Assembly (NCBI GenBank): GCA_043751875.1
Contig: JAYUZL010000234.1
Coordinates: forward strand, 195 to 64,194
From: Ferruginibacter sp.
GTDB taxonomy: Bacteria; Bacteroidota; Bacteroidia; Chitinophagales; Chitinophagaceae
Reading direction: 5' to 3'
DNA length: 64,000 nucleotides
The translations under genes and the position numbers were made by a program. A model generated the notes under the pieces. It searched no databases and was not told where the DNA came from. It worked only from the letters and a program-made list of their open reading frames with translations. Shown here piece by piece: positions 1-10,356 of this stretch; the first letter of the stretch is position 1, and each line of letters begins with the position of its first letter.

Positions 1-2
1 TT

Positions 3-593
3 GTATTTGTATTTATTGTTGTTTTTAAACGGGGAGAAAACTTTGCAAATACATGGGCCACATTAAGTAGTACGAAAAGCTTTTTGTGGTGTGTTTACCT
101 CCCCATGTTTACGATTTCTGCTGCGGTATCCTTAATTGCATTCAATGAAAATTTTGCTGCATCATGGGTGTATATTTCCCGGCCGTTGAAACTGCCGGGC
201 AGTATGATAAGCGGTGCTTTAAAAATGTTGCTGGTTAAATTTTTTACACCAATCATCTTAGTGCTTTTTGCATTTTCTTATTACGTTTGGGGATATAAAA
301 TAATTGATGATTTTGTATTGGGAATTTTTAATAATATTCTTGTGTTTTTAATTATTTCTCATATAGGGAAAAGTTATTTGCCATTTTCTATGCAGCCAAA
401 TATAAACCAGCAATCAGGCAAATTCGTACGTGTATTTATTCAAATGGCAATTATAGGCTCACTTGTAGGCTTGCATTACCTTGCTTTAAAAATTTGGTGG
501 TTGGTGGCTGTTCTTGTACCTTTTTCTGCTGCTGGTTGCTATTTTCTTTTTCGTACGATACAAAATTATTCATGGCAAAAAATATCAAGTTAA
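3..593 (+). CDS. Polytopic membrane protein, C-terminal part (possible ABC-2-type permease); truncated by window start
   Basis: Frame is open from position 3 (VFVFIVVFKRGENF...) into the 84..593 ORF; several hydrophobic segments. Confidence 0.6.
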   Translation, partial: VFVFIVVFKRGENFANTWATLSSTKSFLWCVYLPMFTISAAVSLIAFNENFAASWVYISRPLKLPGSMISGALKMLLVKFFTPIILVLFAFSYYVWGYKIIDDFVLGIFNNILVFLIISHIGKSYLPFSMQPNINQQSGKFVRVFIQMAIIGSLVGLHYLALKIWWLVAVLVPFSAAGCYFLFRTIQNYSWQKISS

Positions 594-596
594 TAC

Positions 597-1244
597 ATGG
601 TAAATGAAACATTATATAAAGAAATTGCCGATTTTTCAAAATCGAAAAACACTACCCTTGTAGCGGTTTCAAAAATTAAGCCTGTATCGGACATTAAACA
701 AATGTATGACCTGGGGCAAAGAGATTTTGGCGAAAATTATGTGCAGGAACTGGTAGAAAAACAGGCTGTTTTACCCGCTGATATTATATGGCATTTTTTA
801 GGCCATCTACAAAGCAATAAGGTAAAATATATTGCGCCATTTGTTCATTTAATACACAGTGTTGATAGTGAAAAACTATTGAAAGAAATAGACAAACAGG
901 CCGCAAAAAACAACAGAAAAATAAATGTCTTGCTGCAGATTCATATAGCAGAAGAGCAAACAAAATTTGGTTTTAATGAAGAGGAACTGATGAAACTCGA
1001 TGTTGATTTATACCCGAATGTAAATATTATGGGTTTGATGGGAATGGCAACATTTACCAATGATAAAGAAAAAGTAAAGCGAGAATTTGAACAGCTCAGA
1101 TCTTTTTATAATGAGTTTAAAGATGATAAGAAGGTTGAATTAAATACTTTAAGCATGGGCATGAGCGATGATTACGAACTTGCCGTAAACTGCGGCAGCA
1201 ATATGATTAGAATTGGCAGTTTATTGTTTGGAAAAAGAGTATAA
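597..1244 (+). CDS. yggS: YggS/PLPBP pyridoxal phosphate homeostasis protein
   Basis: LVAVSK, FGENYVQE, WHFLGHLQSNK, LSMGMSDD, RIGS motifs. Confidence 0.95.
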   Translation: MVNETLYKEIADFSKSKNTTLVAVSKIKPVSDIKQMYDLGQRDFGENYVQELVEKQAVLPADIIWHFLGHLQSNKVKYIAPFVHLIHSVDSEKLLKEIDKQAAKNNRKINVLLQIHIAEEQTKFGFNEEELMKLDVDLYPNVNIMGLMGMATFTNDKEKVKREFEQLRSFYNEFKDDKKVELNTLSMGMSDDYELAVNCGSNMIRIGSLLFGKRV

Positions 1245-1296
1245 CAATGACGAATTACGAATGCGAAACGTTTTGAGCAATTAATTGGTGAAGATT

Positions 1297-2607
1297 TTAC
1301 AAGCCTAATTGGTTGCTCAATCTTCTAAGTTCTATCTCGCTGGCTTTGGCTACGTAGCTTAAGTTAACAAGTCTGAACCCGGACTCTTCAAAACTTTTTT
1401 GAGCATTTTTAACATCAATAATGGTGGCCTGGCGAAGCTGAAAACGCTGCAAAACCAGATCAAGCAACTGCCCTGATAATCTGTAATTTTCTTTTTCATT
1501 CTCTAACCTGGAAATGGTTGAAATATAAGCCTGGTATTGGTTTGTAATCACGGCCCGGTAATCTCTTAAAATAATATCTTTTTGCAGCATTGCATTTCTT
1601 ACATTAATATTTGCAACCTCGGCCTGCTTTTTAAAAATATTACCATTAAAAATTGGAACAGCCAATGAAACGCCAATTACCGGCCCAAAATTTTGGTTAA
1701 GCAACAACTGCCCGGCTGCTGATTGGTTTCTTGTAAAATTATATCCTGCATTTGCCCTTATGGATGGATACCGAAGCGCATTCGTTTCTTTTACAATTAA
1801 TTTATTGATGGCTATCTGGTCATCGGCTGCTGCTACATCTGCATTTGCAGGAAGTTTATCTAACACCGACTGGAGTGTAATATTATTTTCAACAATTATT
1901 GTATCAGCAATCTGTACAGTTGAGTCAACCTTTGCAGTTAACAATCTCAATAACTCTGTTTTAGACTGAGTGACAATTAGCTGTTGTGCAATTTTTGTTT
2001 GTTGCAAAGCATTTAAATCTATTTGTGCCTGAAAAAGATCTGCATTGTTTGCAAGCCCGACACTTTGCCTCGTCTTTACTATGGTAAGTTGCTGCTTAGA
2101 TGCTTCAATAGATTTATCAATGGTTTTTATATAATTCTGTTGGCGCACAACATCATAATATGCTACACTTACACCTGCAATAATGTTTTGTAACCGGCTG
2201 GTTAATACTTTATCAGTTTGGTTTTGTAAGGTGGAAAGCCGCTGTTTTGTTGTTATAACTCTACCACCATTAAATAACAAAATACTTCCGGTTACATTGG
2301 CGTTCAGGGCATTTGCTGCTGCATTATTTCTCTGAATATTTGTACCTGTATTTAGTTTTTGGTTTATACTTGTAATCGATTCGGTGTTTGTTATGTTTCC
2401 CGTAACAACAGGAAGACCACCTGCAAACCCATAACTATTTAAGATAGTTGCAGCTTCCATATTATTTTTTGCAATGGAAATATCAAGGCTTTTTTTAAGT
2501 GCCTGGTTTATGGCATCAGGTAAACGCAAAGTATCTTGCGAAAAACTTTTTTGGGTCAACGTTACCGACAAGATTAGTAAAATAAATATGATTGATTTTT
2601 TGTCCAT
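1297..2607 (-). CDS. TolC-family outer membrane efflux protein
   Basis: Signal peptide, two OEP-like helical repeats, downstream of RND permease and adaptor genes. Confidence 0.88.
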   Translation of the reverse strand: MDKKSIIFILLILSVTLTQKSFSQDTLRLPDAINQALKKSLDISIAKNNMEAATILNSYGFAGGLPVVTGNITNTESITSINQKLNTGTNIQRNNAAANALNANVTGSILLFNGGRVITTKQRLSTLQNQTDKVLTSRLQNIIAGVSVAYYDVVRQQNYIKTIDKSIEASKQQLTIVKTRQSVGLANNADLFQAQIDLNALQQTKIAQQLIVTQSKTELLRLLTAKVDSTVQIADTIIVENNITLQSVLDKLPANADVAAADDQIAINKLIVKETNALRYPSIRANAGYNFTRNQSAAGQLLLNQNFGPVIGVSLAVPIFNGNIFKKQAEVANINVRNAMLQKDIILRDYRAVITNQYQAYISTISRLENEKENYRLSGQLLDLVLQRFQLRQATIIDVKNAQKSFEESGFRLVNLSYVAKASEIELRRLSNQLGL

Positions 2608-2678
2608 TTTTATGATAAATTGTACTTTTACTACTATCGTGTTTGTTTTATTGTTTAATTAATAATCTACAGATGAAA

Positions 2679-2752
2679 GGCTGGCGGATAGCAACGAAAA
2701 TACTTTTATGTGTGCGCAGTACACACAAAAGATTATAGCGAATAGCCGCGAC
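2679..2752 (+). ncRNA. Structured intergenic element resembling Bacteroidota Flavo-1-type repeats
   Basis: GCGG(2684-87)/CCGC(2746-49) closing stem, ATAGCAACG and TAGCGAATAG internal-loop strands, inner hairpin CTTTTA-TGTGTG...CACAC-AAAAG; related copy at 39571. Confidence 0.5.
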
Positions 2753-2906
2753 AATTGTTGATAGATGGTATGTAATTGACAGCCCCAAATTCGTCTATTT
2801 TTAATTTTAGTTTATTTATCTTTCCCTAAACTGCTTACGGGTTTTTAACCGCTCTAATAATCTTTAACCGCTGAAGGAATCTTTACCCTCCGACATGGTT
2901 AGGTCA

Positions 2907-5900
2907 TTAATCCGATATCTCAATTTTTTTTACTTCGTGTTTGTGTTTGCCACTTAAAAAAGTATATACCGCAGGAATTACAAAAAGCGTAAGAATAAGC
3001 GAAAATATAATTCCACCTACAACCACAATACCAAGCGGAACCCGGCTTGCAGCCGCAGCACCCAAGCTCAACGCAATTGGCAATGCACCAAATGATGTTG
3101 CAAGGCTCGTCATTAAAATTGGCCTTAATCTTTGCCTTGATGCTTCCACAACTGCATCTGCCACAGATAAGCCCTGTTCTCTTTTCTGGTTGGCAAATTC
3201 TACAATTAAAATACCATTTTTTGTAACGAGGCCAATCAGCATAATCATACCAATTTCAGAAAAAATATTGAGTGTTTGTCCGAACAACCAAAGGCTTAAT
3301 AATGCACCGGCAAGCGCAAGTGGTACTGTGAGCATAATAATAAAAGGATCTACAAAACTTTCGAACTGGGCAGCCAATACGAGATAAATAAGTATAAGTG
3401 CCAGCCCAAATGCAAAGGCAATATTACTGCTGCTTTCTGCATAATCCCTTGATGGGCCGCTGAGTGCAGTCTGGTAAGTTTCATCGAGCAATTTTTTTGA
3501 TATGGCCTGCATCGCTTTTATTCCATCACCAATTGTTTTTCCTTCTGCTAAAGATGCAGAAATGGTTGCAGCTTTATAACGGTTAAAGTGAAACAGGCTC
3601 GGTGGGCTGCTGGTTTCTTCCAGTTTTACGACTGCACTTAAGGGAATACTTTCGCCTTTATTATTTCTTACAAATAATTTAGAAACATCATCCGGTTTAT
3701 TTCTTTCGCTTCTTTCAACCTGTGCTATGACTGAGTATTGATATCCATTTCGAAGAAAATATGCAAGCCTGCCACCACTAAAGGCAGCTTGTATAGCACC
3801 AACTATATCCTTGGATGAAAGACCAAGATCTTTGGCTTTCATACGATCTACCGTTAAAGAAATTTCAGGCTTATTGAATTTTAGATTGACATCAACATTT
3901 GAAAAGGTTTTATCTTTTTTTGCTTCTTCCAAAAACTTTGGAATTATTTCTTTCATTTTTCCAAGATCCTGATTTTGCAGTACAAACTGAATTGGCAAAC
4001 CACCACGAGAACCGGCACCAACTGCAATAGTTTGCTCCTGTATAGCAAAAACTTTTGCCTCATTAAACCTCACCATTTTACGGTTAAGGTCGTTTGCTAT
4101 TTGATCTTGTGTACGTACCCTTTCTGATGGCGGAACGAGCGCAAGCCTGGGCTGGGAAGTATTAATAGCCCCTACCGGTGTACGCGCAAAGACAAAATCC
4201 TTTTCGGGTATAGAATCGTACAGATAGTTCGCAATTTCGTCTGATATGTTTTGCGTTTTATCGAAACTGGTTCCCTCCTGCGTTGAAACGCTAAAACGTA
4301 TGCTGCTTCTATCTTCCATTGGGGCAATTTCGCTTTGCAGCGTTCCCATAATCAAGTATATCATTGCTGCACAAACTGCAATTAGCACCCATGCCATCCA
4401 TCTTACTTTTAAAAACGCAGACAATAAGTTTTTGTAACCATTTTCCATTCCTGTAAAAAATGGTTCTGTCTTCATGTAAAACTTTCCGTGTAATGATTTT
4501 TTTCTGCGCAGTACAACGTTTAAAACAGGTGTAATGGTGAGTGAGACAAAGGCTGAAATTAGTACAGCGGATGCAAGCGTTATACCGAATTCGCGGAAAA
4601 GTCTTCCTATAAAACCTTCTAAAAATATTACCGGCAAAAAAACGATTGCGAGTGTTATAGATGTAGAAATTACAGCAAAGAAAATCTCTTTACTTCCTTC
4701 CAATGCAGCCTGCTTTATGGGCAACCCTTCTTCCAATTTTCTAAAAATATTTTCTGTTACAACAATCCCATCATCAACCACCAAACCTGTTGCCAGCACA
4801 ATACCTAATAATGTAAGAATATTAATAGAAAACCCTGAAATGTACATGATAAAAAAAGTAGCTATCAAAGAAATGGGTATATCTATCAATGGGCGAATCG
4901 CTGTGAGCCAATCCCTGAAGAAGAAGAAAATTACCAGTACTACAAAAGCAAAAGAAATAAGAAGCGTTTCCTTTACTTCGCTGATTGAATTTCTAATGGT
5001 CTGGGTGTTATCTAACAACACATTCATTTCAATATCTGACTTATTCAGCTTTTTAATTGATTCTAATTTTTTATTAAAATCATCTGCTATCTGGATATTG
5101 TTTGCACCTGGTTGTGGAATAATTACAATACCTACCGCATTCACGCCATTGTATTTCCAACCCTGTTCTAATGTTTCGGGACCAATTTCTACTCTTGCAA
5201 CATCACTTAACCTAACAATACCTACGGCGTTTTGCTTGATTAAAAGATCCTGAAATTCTTTTTCTGAAGTTAAACGGCCGACTGTTTTTATGGTAAGTTC
5301 AGTATTATCGCCATAAATTTTCCCTGGAGGGAGATCAATGTTTTCGGCATTTAAAGATGTTCTGATATCGCTGAAGTTTACGCCAAACGCCGACATCTTA
5401 TCTGGATTAAGCCATATACGCATGGCATATCTTTTTTGCCCAAATATGTTTACAGAACTTACCTGGTTAATAGTCTGAAACTGTTGTTGCAACACATTTT
5501 CTGCATAATCACTTAATTCCAGCAAACCTTTTGAGCGACTTTGCACGGCAAGAATCAAAATAAAATCACTGTTGGCATCTGCTTTTGTAACAACCGGCGG
5601 TGCATCAATATCTTGAGGCAAAGAACGGGAAGCCTGCCCAACTTTATCTCTCACGTCACTAGCGGCTGCTTCCAAATCAACTCCTAACACAAACTCAACA
5701 GAAATATTACTGCTTCCCAAAGAACTGGAAGATGAAATGGTTTTTATGCCGGGTATACCGTTGATCTGTTTTTCCAGAGGTTCAGTTATCTGGCTTTCAA
5801 TAATATCAGGATTTGCACCTGTGTAAGAAGTACTTACGTTCACAACTGCGGGGTCAATCGCAGGGTAATCTCTTACCGCAAGAAAACTAAATCCAACCAC

Positions 5901-5975
5901 ACCGAATAGGATGATCATTAAATTTAAAACGGTCGCAAGTACCGGTCTCTTAAGTGATAATTCAGATATATTCAT
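2907..5975 (-). CDS. RND efflux transporter permease (AcrB/AcrD/AcrF family)
   Basis: 1022 aa; VVDDGIVVTENI, TKNGILIVEFA, RLRPILMT proton-relay motifs. Confidence 0.95.
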   Translation of the reverse strand: MNISELSLKRPVLATVLNLMIILFGVVGFSFLAVRDYPAIDPAVVNVSTSYTGANPDIIESQITEPLEKQINGIPGIKTISSSSSLGSSNISVEFVLGVDLEAAASDVRDKVGQASRSLPQDIDAPPVVTKADANSDFILILAVQSRSKGLLELSDYAENVLQQQFQTINQVSSVNIFGQKRYAMRIWLNPDKMSAFGVNFSDIRTSLNAENIDLPPGKIYGDNTELTIKTVGRLTSEKEFQDLLIKQNAVGIVRLSDVARVEIGPETLEQGWKYNGVNAVGIVIIPQPGANNIQIADDFNKKLESIKKLNKSDIEMNVLLDNTQTIRNSISEVKETLLISFAFVVLVIFFFFRDWLTAIRPLIDIPISLIATFFIMYISGFSINILTLLGIVLATGLVVDDGIVVTENIFRKLEEGLPIKQAALEGSKEIFFAVISTSITLAIVFLPVIFLEGFIGRLFREFGITLASAVLISAFVSLTITPVLNVVLRRKKSLHGKFYMKTEPFFTGMENGYKNLLSAFLKVRWMAWVLIAVCAAMIYLIMGTLQSEIAPMEDRSSIRFSVSTQEGTSFDKTQNISDEIANYLYDSIPEKDFVFARTPVGAINTSQPRLALVPPSERVRTQDQIANDLNRKMVRFNEAKVFAIQEQTIAVGAGSRGGLPIQFVLQNQDLGKMKEIIPKFLEEAKKDKTFSNVDVNLKFNKPEISLTVDRMKAKDLGLSSKDIVGAIQAAFSGGRLAYFLRNGYQYSVIAQVERSERNKPDDVSKLFVRNNKGESIPLSAVVKLEETSSPPSLFHFNRYKAATISASLAEGKTIGDGIKAMQAISKKLLDETYQTALSGPSRDYAESSSNIAFAFGLALILIYLVLAAQFESFVDPFIIMLTVPLALAGALLSLWLFGQTLNIFSEIGMIMLIGLVTKNGILIVEFANQKREQGLSVADAVVEASRQRLRPILMTSLATSFGALPIALSLGAAAASRVPLGIVVVGGIIFSLILTLFVIPAVYTFLSGKHKHEVKKIEISD

Positions 5976-5995
5976 TAAAATAAAGACTTAATTAA

Positions 5996-7087
5996 TTAAT
6001 AACCGACAGCCGCATCTTTAGGAAGCAGTGTTGCAAGTTTTTTTACAGATCTTACTTTTACTTTACTCTTTGGCCTTGCAAACAAGACACCTGTAACAAC
6101 AACCGAATCGCCCACATTTATACCTTTTGTAATTTCTACTGAGGATGATTGGCGAATACCAGTTTGCACATTAACAAAATTTGCAAGACCATTTTTTACA
6201 ACAACTACTTGGTTATCTTTATCGCTTGGTATAATACAATTTGTAGGTACAACAATGGAGGTTTTTCCAACACCTGCATTTAAAAATACTTTTACAAATG
6301 CACCGGGGTTAATATTTGATTCTGATAAAACCGCCCTCACTTTTAAATTACGGGTATCAGTATTTGCGCCAGGTTCTGTTGCCACAATCATGGCTCTTCC
6401 CATTTTGTGTGATGTTGCATCCAGCTCAACATCTAATACCGACCCTCTTTTTATTATGTTACTGTAGTTTTGAGGAACGGTAAAATCAATTTTAATTTTA
6501 GATGTTTGTTGAAGTGTAGCCAGCGTAATGGCAGGGGTTACGTAAGCGCCGGGGCTTATTTGTCTTAACCCTATAACTCCGCTAAAAGGTGCCCGTATAA
6601 TTGTTTTATTTATGAGTGCCTGTGTGTAAACCATATCAGCTTTATATGCATTTACCTGGGTTAAAGCAATATCGTATTCGCTTTGGTTAATACCACTCAC
6701 ATCTAACAACTGCTTGTAACGTTGTGTGGTTTTTTGTGCAAGATCTAACTGTACCCGTGTTTTAGCCAGTTGTGCCTGAAGGTCTGCATCATTTATTTTA
6801 GCAAGTATTGTTCCCTGAGCAACACTACTGCCTTCAGCAATGTTAAGGTAAGTTAAACGGCCACTTACTTCAGAGTGTAGCTCTAAAAATTCATTGGCAA
6901 CTACTGTTCCGCTTGCTTCCACTATATCTGAAATAGACTGACGTTCAGCAATAATTACATCTACAATAACAGGGGGTGAAATTTTTGGTTTACCTGCATT
7001 TGCATCTTTCTTTTTACAGGCCATAAACAGACAAACAACACTTACAAACACAACACAATATCTAGGACCCTTTGAAACATACCGCAT
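5996..7087 (-). CDS. RND efflux periplasmic adaptor (MFP), lipoprotein
   Basis: Lipobox FMAC, EVSG...EGSSVAQG and IRAPFSGVIG lipoyl motifs; upstream of RND permease. Confidence 0.92.
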   Translation of the reverse strand: MRYVSKGPRYCVVFVSVVCLFMACKKKDANAGKPKISPPVIVDVIIAERQSISDIVEASGTVVANEFLELHSEVSGRLTYLNIAEGSSVAQGTILAKINDADLQAQLAKTRVQLDLAQKTTQRYKQLLDVSGINQSEYDIALTQVNAYKADMVYTQALINKTIIRAPFSGVIGLRQISPGAYVTPAITLATLQQTSKIKIDFTVPQNYSNIIKRGSVLDVELDATSHKMGRAMIVATEPGANTDTRNLKVRAVLSESNINPGAFVKVFLNAGVGKTSIVVPTNCIIPSDKDNQVVVVKNGLANFVNVQTGIRQSSSVEITKGINVGDSVVVTGVLFARPKSKVKVRSVKKLATLLPKDAAVGY

Positions 7088-7113
7088 ATACAAATTTTAT
7101 AAATTAGCCTTTA

Positions 7114-7121
7114 CAAAGATA
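7114..7121 (-). promoter_or_regulatory. Bacteroidota -7 promoter box (TATCTTTG) for the RND operon
   Basis: Matches TAnnTTTG about 27 nt upstream of the adaptor start. Confidence 0.6.
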
Positions 7122-7279
7122 TAGGTTATCTGAGATGAGTGTTACCATACATTAATTTGCAAAGTTTGTTTTTTAGACGATTTCATTAGAACTAAACATG
7201 CGCCGCAAACAAAATGGATTTTGGAATTTTTATAATTTTGAGATATTCTTATCTTCGTTTGATATTTAAAAGTATTAAC

Positions 7280-7768
7280 ATGGAGATTCAGGTAGCTGTT
7301 ATAATGGGGAGCCGGAGCGATTTAAAAATTATGCAGGAAGCTGCTGATGCTTTAAAAATGTTTGATGTGCCATTTGAAATGACGGTTGTTTCTGCCCACA
7401 GAACACCGGAGCGCATGCGTACTTATGCAATGGAAGCAAAATCAAGAGGTATCAAAGTAATTGTTGCAGGTGCAGGAGGCGCAGCACATTTGCCGGGTAT
7501 GGTTGCGGCTTACACGACCCTTCCTGTAATAGGTGTACCTATTAAATCATCTAATTCTATTGATGGGTGGGATTCTGTTTTGTCTATTTTGCAGATGCCG
7601 GGCGGTGTGCCCGTGGCAACGGTAGCGCTTGATGGAGCAAGAAATGCAGGAATTTTGGCAGCACAAATTTTGGCTACTAATAATGATGCGTTGGCAGAAA
7701 AACTAGTGCATTTCAAAAAGAAGATGGAAGAAGATGTGGTTAAGATGGCTGATGAAATGGGGAGTTAG
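7280..7768 (+). CDS. purE: N5-CAIR mutase PurE
   Basis: [39 protein letters not shown]; ATG 7280 preferred over 7214. Confidence 0.97.
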   Translation: MEIQVAVIMGSRSDLKIMQEAADALKMFDVPFEMTVVSAHRTPERMRTYAMEAKSRGIKVIVAGAGGAAHLPGMVAAYTTLPVIGVPIKSSNSIDGWDSVLSILQMPGGVPVATVALDGARNAGILAAQILATNNDALAEKLVHFKKKMEEDVVKMADEMGS

Positions 7769-7852
7769 AACTTTTAAAGAATATTTATTATAACGGCTAA
7801 AATGCGCAAAGTCTTCGTCGCCCTTTCTCTACGTTGAATTAACCTGCATTTC

Positions 7853-7884
7853 TTTGTTATCCTTACCTATAAATTCTACATTTG
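7853..7884 (+). promoter_or_regulatory. Bacteroidota sigma-A promoter TTTG-N20-TACATTTG
   Basis: -33 TTTG at 7853-7856 and -7 box at 7877-7884 upstream of ATG 7909. Confidence 0.65.
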
Positions 7885-7908
7885 CACCTTATAAATAAAT
7901 AAAAATCT

Positions 7909-9237
7909 ATGAGTTTAGTTGATCTTACAATGCCAAAGCTTGGTGAGAGTATTATGGAGGCGACAATACTTAAGTGGCATAAAAAAGTGGGCGATAAAGT
8001 GGCACAGGACGAAACTGTTTTAGATATTGCTACCGACAAAGTAGACAGTGAAGTTCCTTCTACCACTGAAGGAATAATTGAAGAAATTTTATTTGCAGAA
8101 AATGATGTAGTGCCTATTGGAACTGTAATAGTAAAAATAAGAACAGGAGCTGAAGAAAATACTGCCGCAACTCCTGCTCCTGCTGCTTCTAAAGTAGAAT
8201 ATGAAGAGGCAAAAGTTTTGGAAGAAATTCCTTACCAGCCAACAAATACCACAATAGAGAGTTCATCAAATGCTGTGCGTTTTTATTCTCCGCTTGTTTT
8301 AAATATTGCCCAAAACGAAGGCATCAGCATGATGGATCTTGAAAAAATTCCGGGGACAGGACAGGACGGTAGAGTTAGTAAAAAAGATATACTTGCTTTT
8401 GTAGCAAACAGAGTAAACGTTTCTGCAAATAACCAGGTTGCTCCACAACAAAGTCAACAGGCGGTTGTTATGGCAACTGTTCCGGCTCCGGTAGCTGTTG
8501 CTGTTAATACACCTGCAGTTTACACAGGTAATATAGAAATAATAGAAATGGACAGGATGCGTAAGCTCATATCCAAACACATGACGGATAGTGTGGCCAC
8601 GAGCGCCCATGTAACAAGTTTTGCAGAATGTGATGTTACAAATCTTGTACAATGGAGAGAAAAAATTAAAAAAGAATTTGAAAAAAGAGAAGGTGAGAAA
8701 ATAACCTTCACTCCCTTATTTGTTGAAGCAGTTGTAAAATCACTAAAAAGATATCCGATGCTGAGCAGCTCGGTAGACGTCGATAAAATTATTGTAAAAA
8801 AAGATTTGAATATTGGAATGGCTACCGCTTTGCCATCCGGCAACCTAATTGTCCCTGTAATTAAAAACGCTGATCAATTAAATCTTACTGGCTTGTGCAA
8901 ACAGGTAAACAGTCTTGCCAACTCCGCACGTAATGGTAAATTGAAACCCGATGATACAACGGGCGGAACATTTACTTTAACCAACGTTGGTACTTTTGGA
9001 AGTATAATGGGAACACCAATTATAAACCAACCGCAGGTTGCAATTATGGCTGTTGGTGCCATTAAAAAAAGACCAATGGTGTTGGAGACGCCGCAAGGGG
9101 ATGTGATTGCCATCCGCCACATGATGTATGTTTCTTTAAGTTACGATCATCGTATTATTGATGGTGCACTAGGTTCTACTTTTTTAAATGCCGTTTGCAA
9201 GGAGCTGGAGAATTTTGATGTAAACAGAGATATTTAA
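7909..9237 (+). CDS. Dihydrolipoamide acyltransferase E2 of a 2-oxoacid (probably branched-chain) dehydrogenase
   Basis: Lipoyl domain (TDKVDSEV), E3-binding (GTGQDGRVSKKD), catalytic YDHRIIDG. Confidence 0.93.
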   Translation: MSLVDLTMPKLGESIMEATILKWHKKVGDKVAQDETVLDIATDKVDSEVPSTTEGIIEEILFAENDVVPIGTVIVKIRTGAEENTAATPAPAASKVEYEEAKVLEEIPYQPTNTTIESSSNAVRFYSPLVLNIAQNEGISMMDLEKIPGTGQDGRVSKKDILAFVANRVNVSANNQVAPQQSQQAVVMATVPAPVAVAVNTPAVYTGNIEIIEMDRMRKLISKHMTDSVATSAHVTSFAECDVTNLVQWREKIKKEFEKREGEKITFTPLFVEAVVKSLKRYPMLSSSVDVDKIIVKKDLNIGMATALPSGNLIVPVIKNADQLNLTGLCKQVNSLANSARNGKLKPDDTTGGTFTLTNVGTFGSIMGTPIINQPQVAIMAVGAIKKRPMVLETPQGDVIAIRHMMYVSLSYDHRIIDGALGSTFLNAVCKELENFDVNRDI

Positions 9238-9291
9238 ATGTCAATTGTCAATAGTGAAAATTTGAATGATCAATAATTTATAAGTTAGCTA

Positions 9292-9327
9292 AAAAATGCC
9301 GCAGGTTTTACAATCTGCGGCATTTTT
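9292..9327. terminator. Bidirectional intrinsic terminator
   Basis: AAAAATGCCGCAG / CTGCGGCATTTTT inverted repeat between convergent genes. Confidence 0.85.
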
Positions 9328-9403
9328 CTTCCATTGGTTATTACTAGTTGCATATTGAAAATTGAGTATTGCTTATTGTCTACTACCTATTGCCAATTAC
9401 TAC

Positions 9404-10219
9404 CTAATAACTTTTCAATACAGATTTTATAACAGAATCTTTTTGAAGCTGCGTTAGTTTGTAATCATATTTGTATAGACTGCTTTCCCAGTCGCCATAA
9501 TTTGCATTTGGAAAAACAATAAATTTTTTCCCAAACTCCCCGGCAAGGATATCTGTATTTTTTCTTCTTTCTTCTTCTGTTTTTTTATCGAATAGTGCAC
9601 TTAAATCTGCCAGGTTATCTCCCATCAATAATACAACTTCATAACGATCCATAACCTGCTGCCGCCTTAATTCTTTGCTTGATGTACCAAGTTTTGTATA
9701 CAAATGAATTTCATCAGCATTGGGTAAACCAAAACGCTGTAAATTTTTTAATGTCCCTGCTCTTTCCCTGTCTTCCCTGTTTGTAATATAAAATACCTGA
9801 ATATTTCTGAAGGCAATATATTTTAAAAAAGAGGCTGCACCAGGCATAGTGTCGGCAGCTGATTTATCTGTCCATTCATACCATGAGGATGTTGTATATT
9901 CTAAACCTCGATATGCCTGATGTACCGCATATGAACTGTTATCCAAAATAGTTTCATCAATATCTGTAATAATGGCTTTTGGCTTATCTGATTTCGCAAC
10001 ATAACTATCCACCCGAAGTTTTGCAATATTGTAACTCTGTAAACACAATGCCCTGTACTCTGCTGCTCTTTGCTGAAAAACGGAGGAGAACAACTTACCA
10101 TTCAAACTTACATTTTGAGGCATTGTTTGCATTATTGCAACCGAAGATTTTGTCGTGATTTCTTTACCGCTTTTACAGGAAAAAATAAAAAAAGCAACAA
10201 TTATTAAACAATATTTCAT
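9404..10219 (-). CDS. 5'-nucleotidase / class C acid phosphatase, lipoprotein e(P4) family
   Basis: Lipobox IFSC; DIDETILDN, YITNR, GDNLAD, PNANYGDW motifs. Confidence 0.9.
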   Translation of the reverse strand: MKYCLIIVAFFIFSCKSGKEITTKSSVAIMQTMPQNVSLNGKLFSSVFQQRAAEYRALCLQSYNIAKLRVDSYVAKSDKPKAIITDIDETILDNSSYAVHQAYRGLEYTTSSWYEWTDKSAADTMPGAASFLKYIAFRNIQVFYITNREDRERAGTLKNLQRFGLPNADEIHLYTKLGTSSKELRRQQVMDRYEVVLLMGDNLADLSALFDKKTEEERRKNTDILAGEFGKKFIVFPNANYGDWESSLYKYDYKLTQLQKDSVIKSVLKSY

Positions 10220-10356
10220 CAAAATTCTTTTTAATTTAAAAGTAAATTTAGCCGATTTATTTGCTAATAAACCTAATAGATCCGTTTAAAATAAGTATAG
10301 ATATTGAATTTGATATTTAACACCGCTTGTAAATATTTCTAGGCAATTTTACAGCC

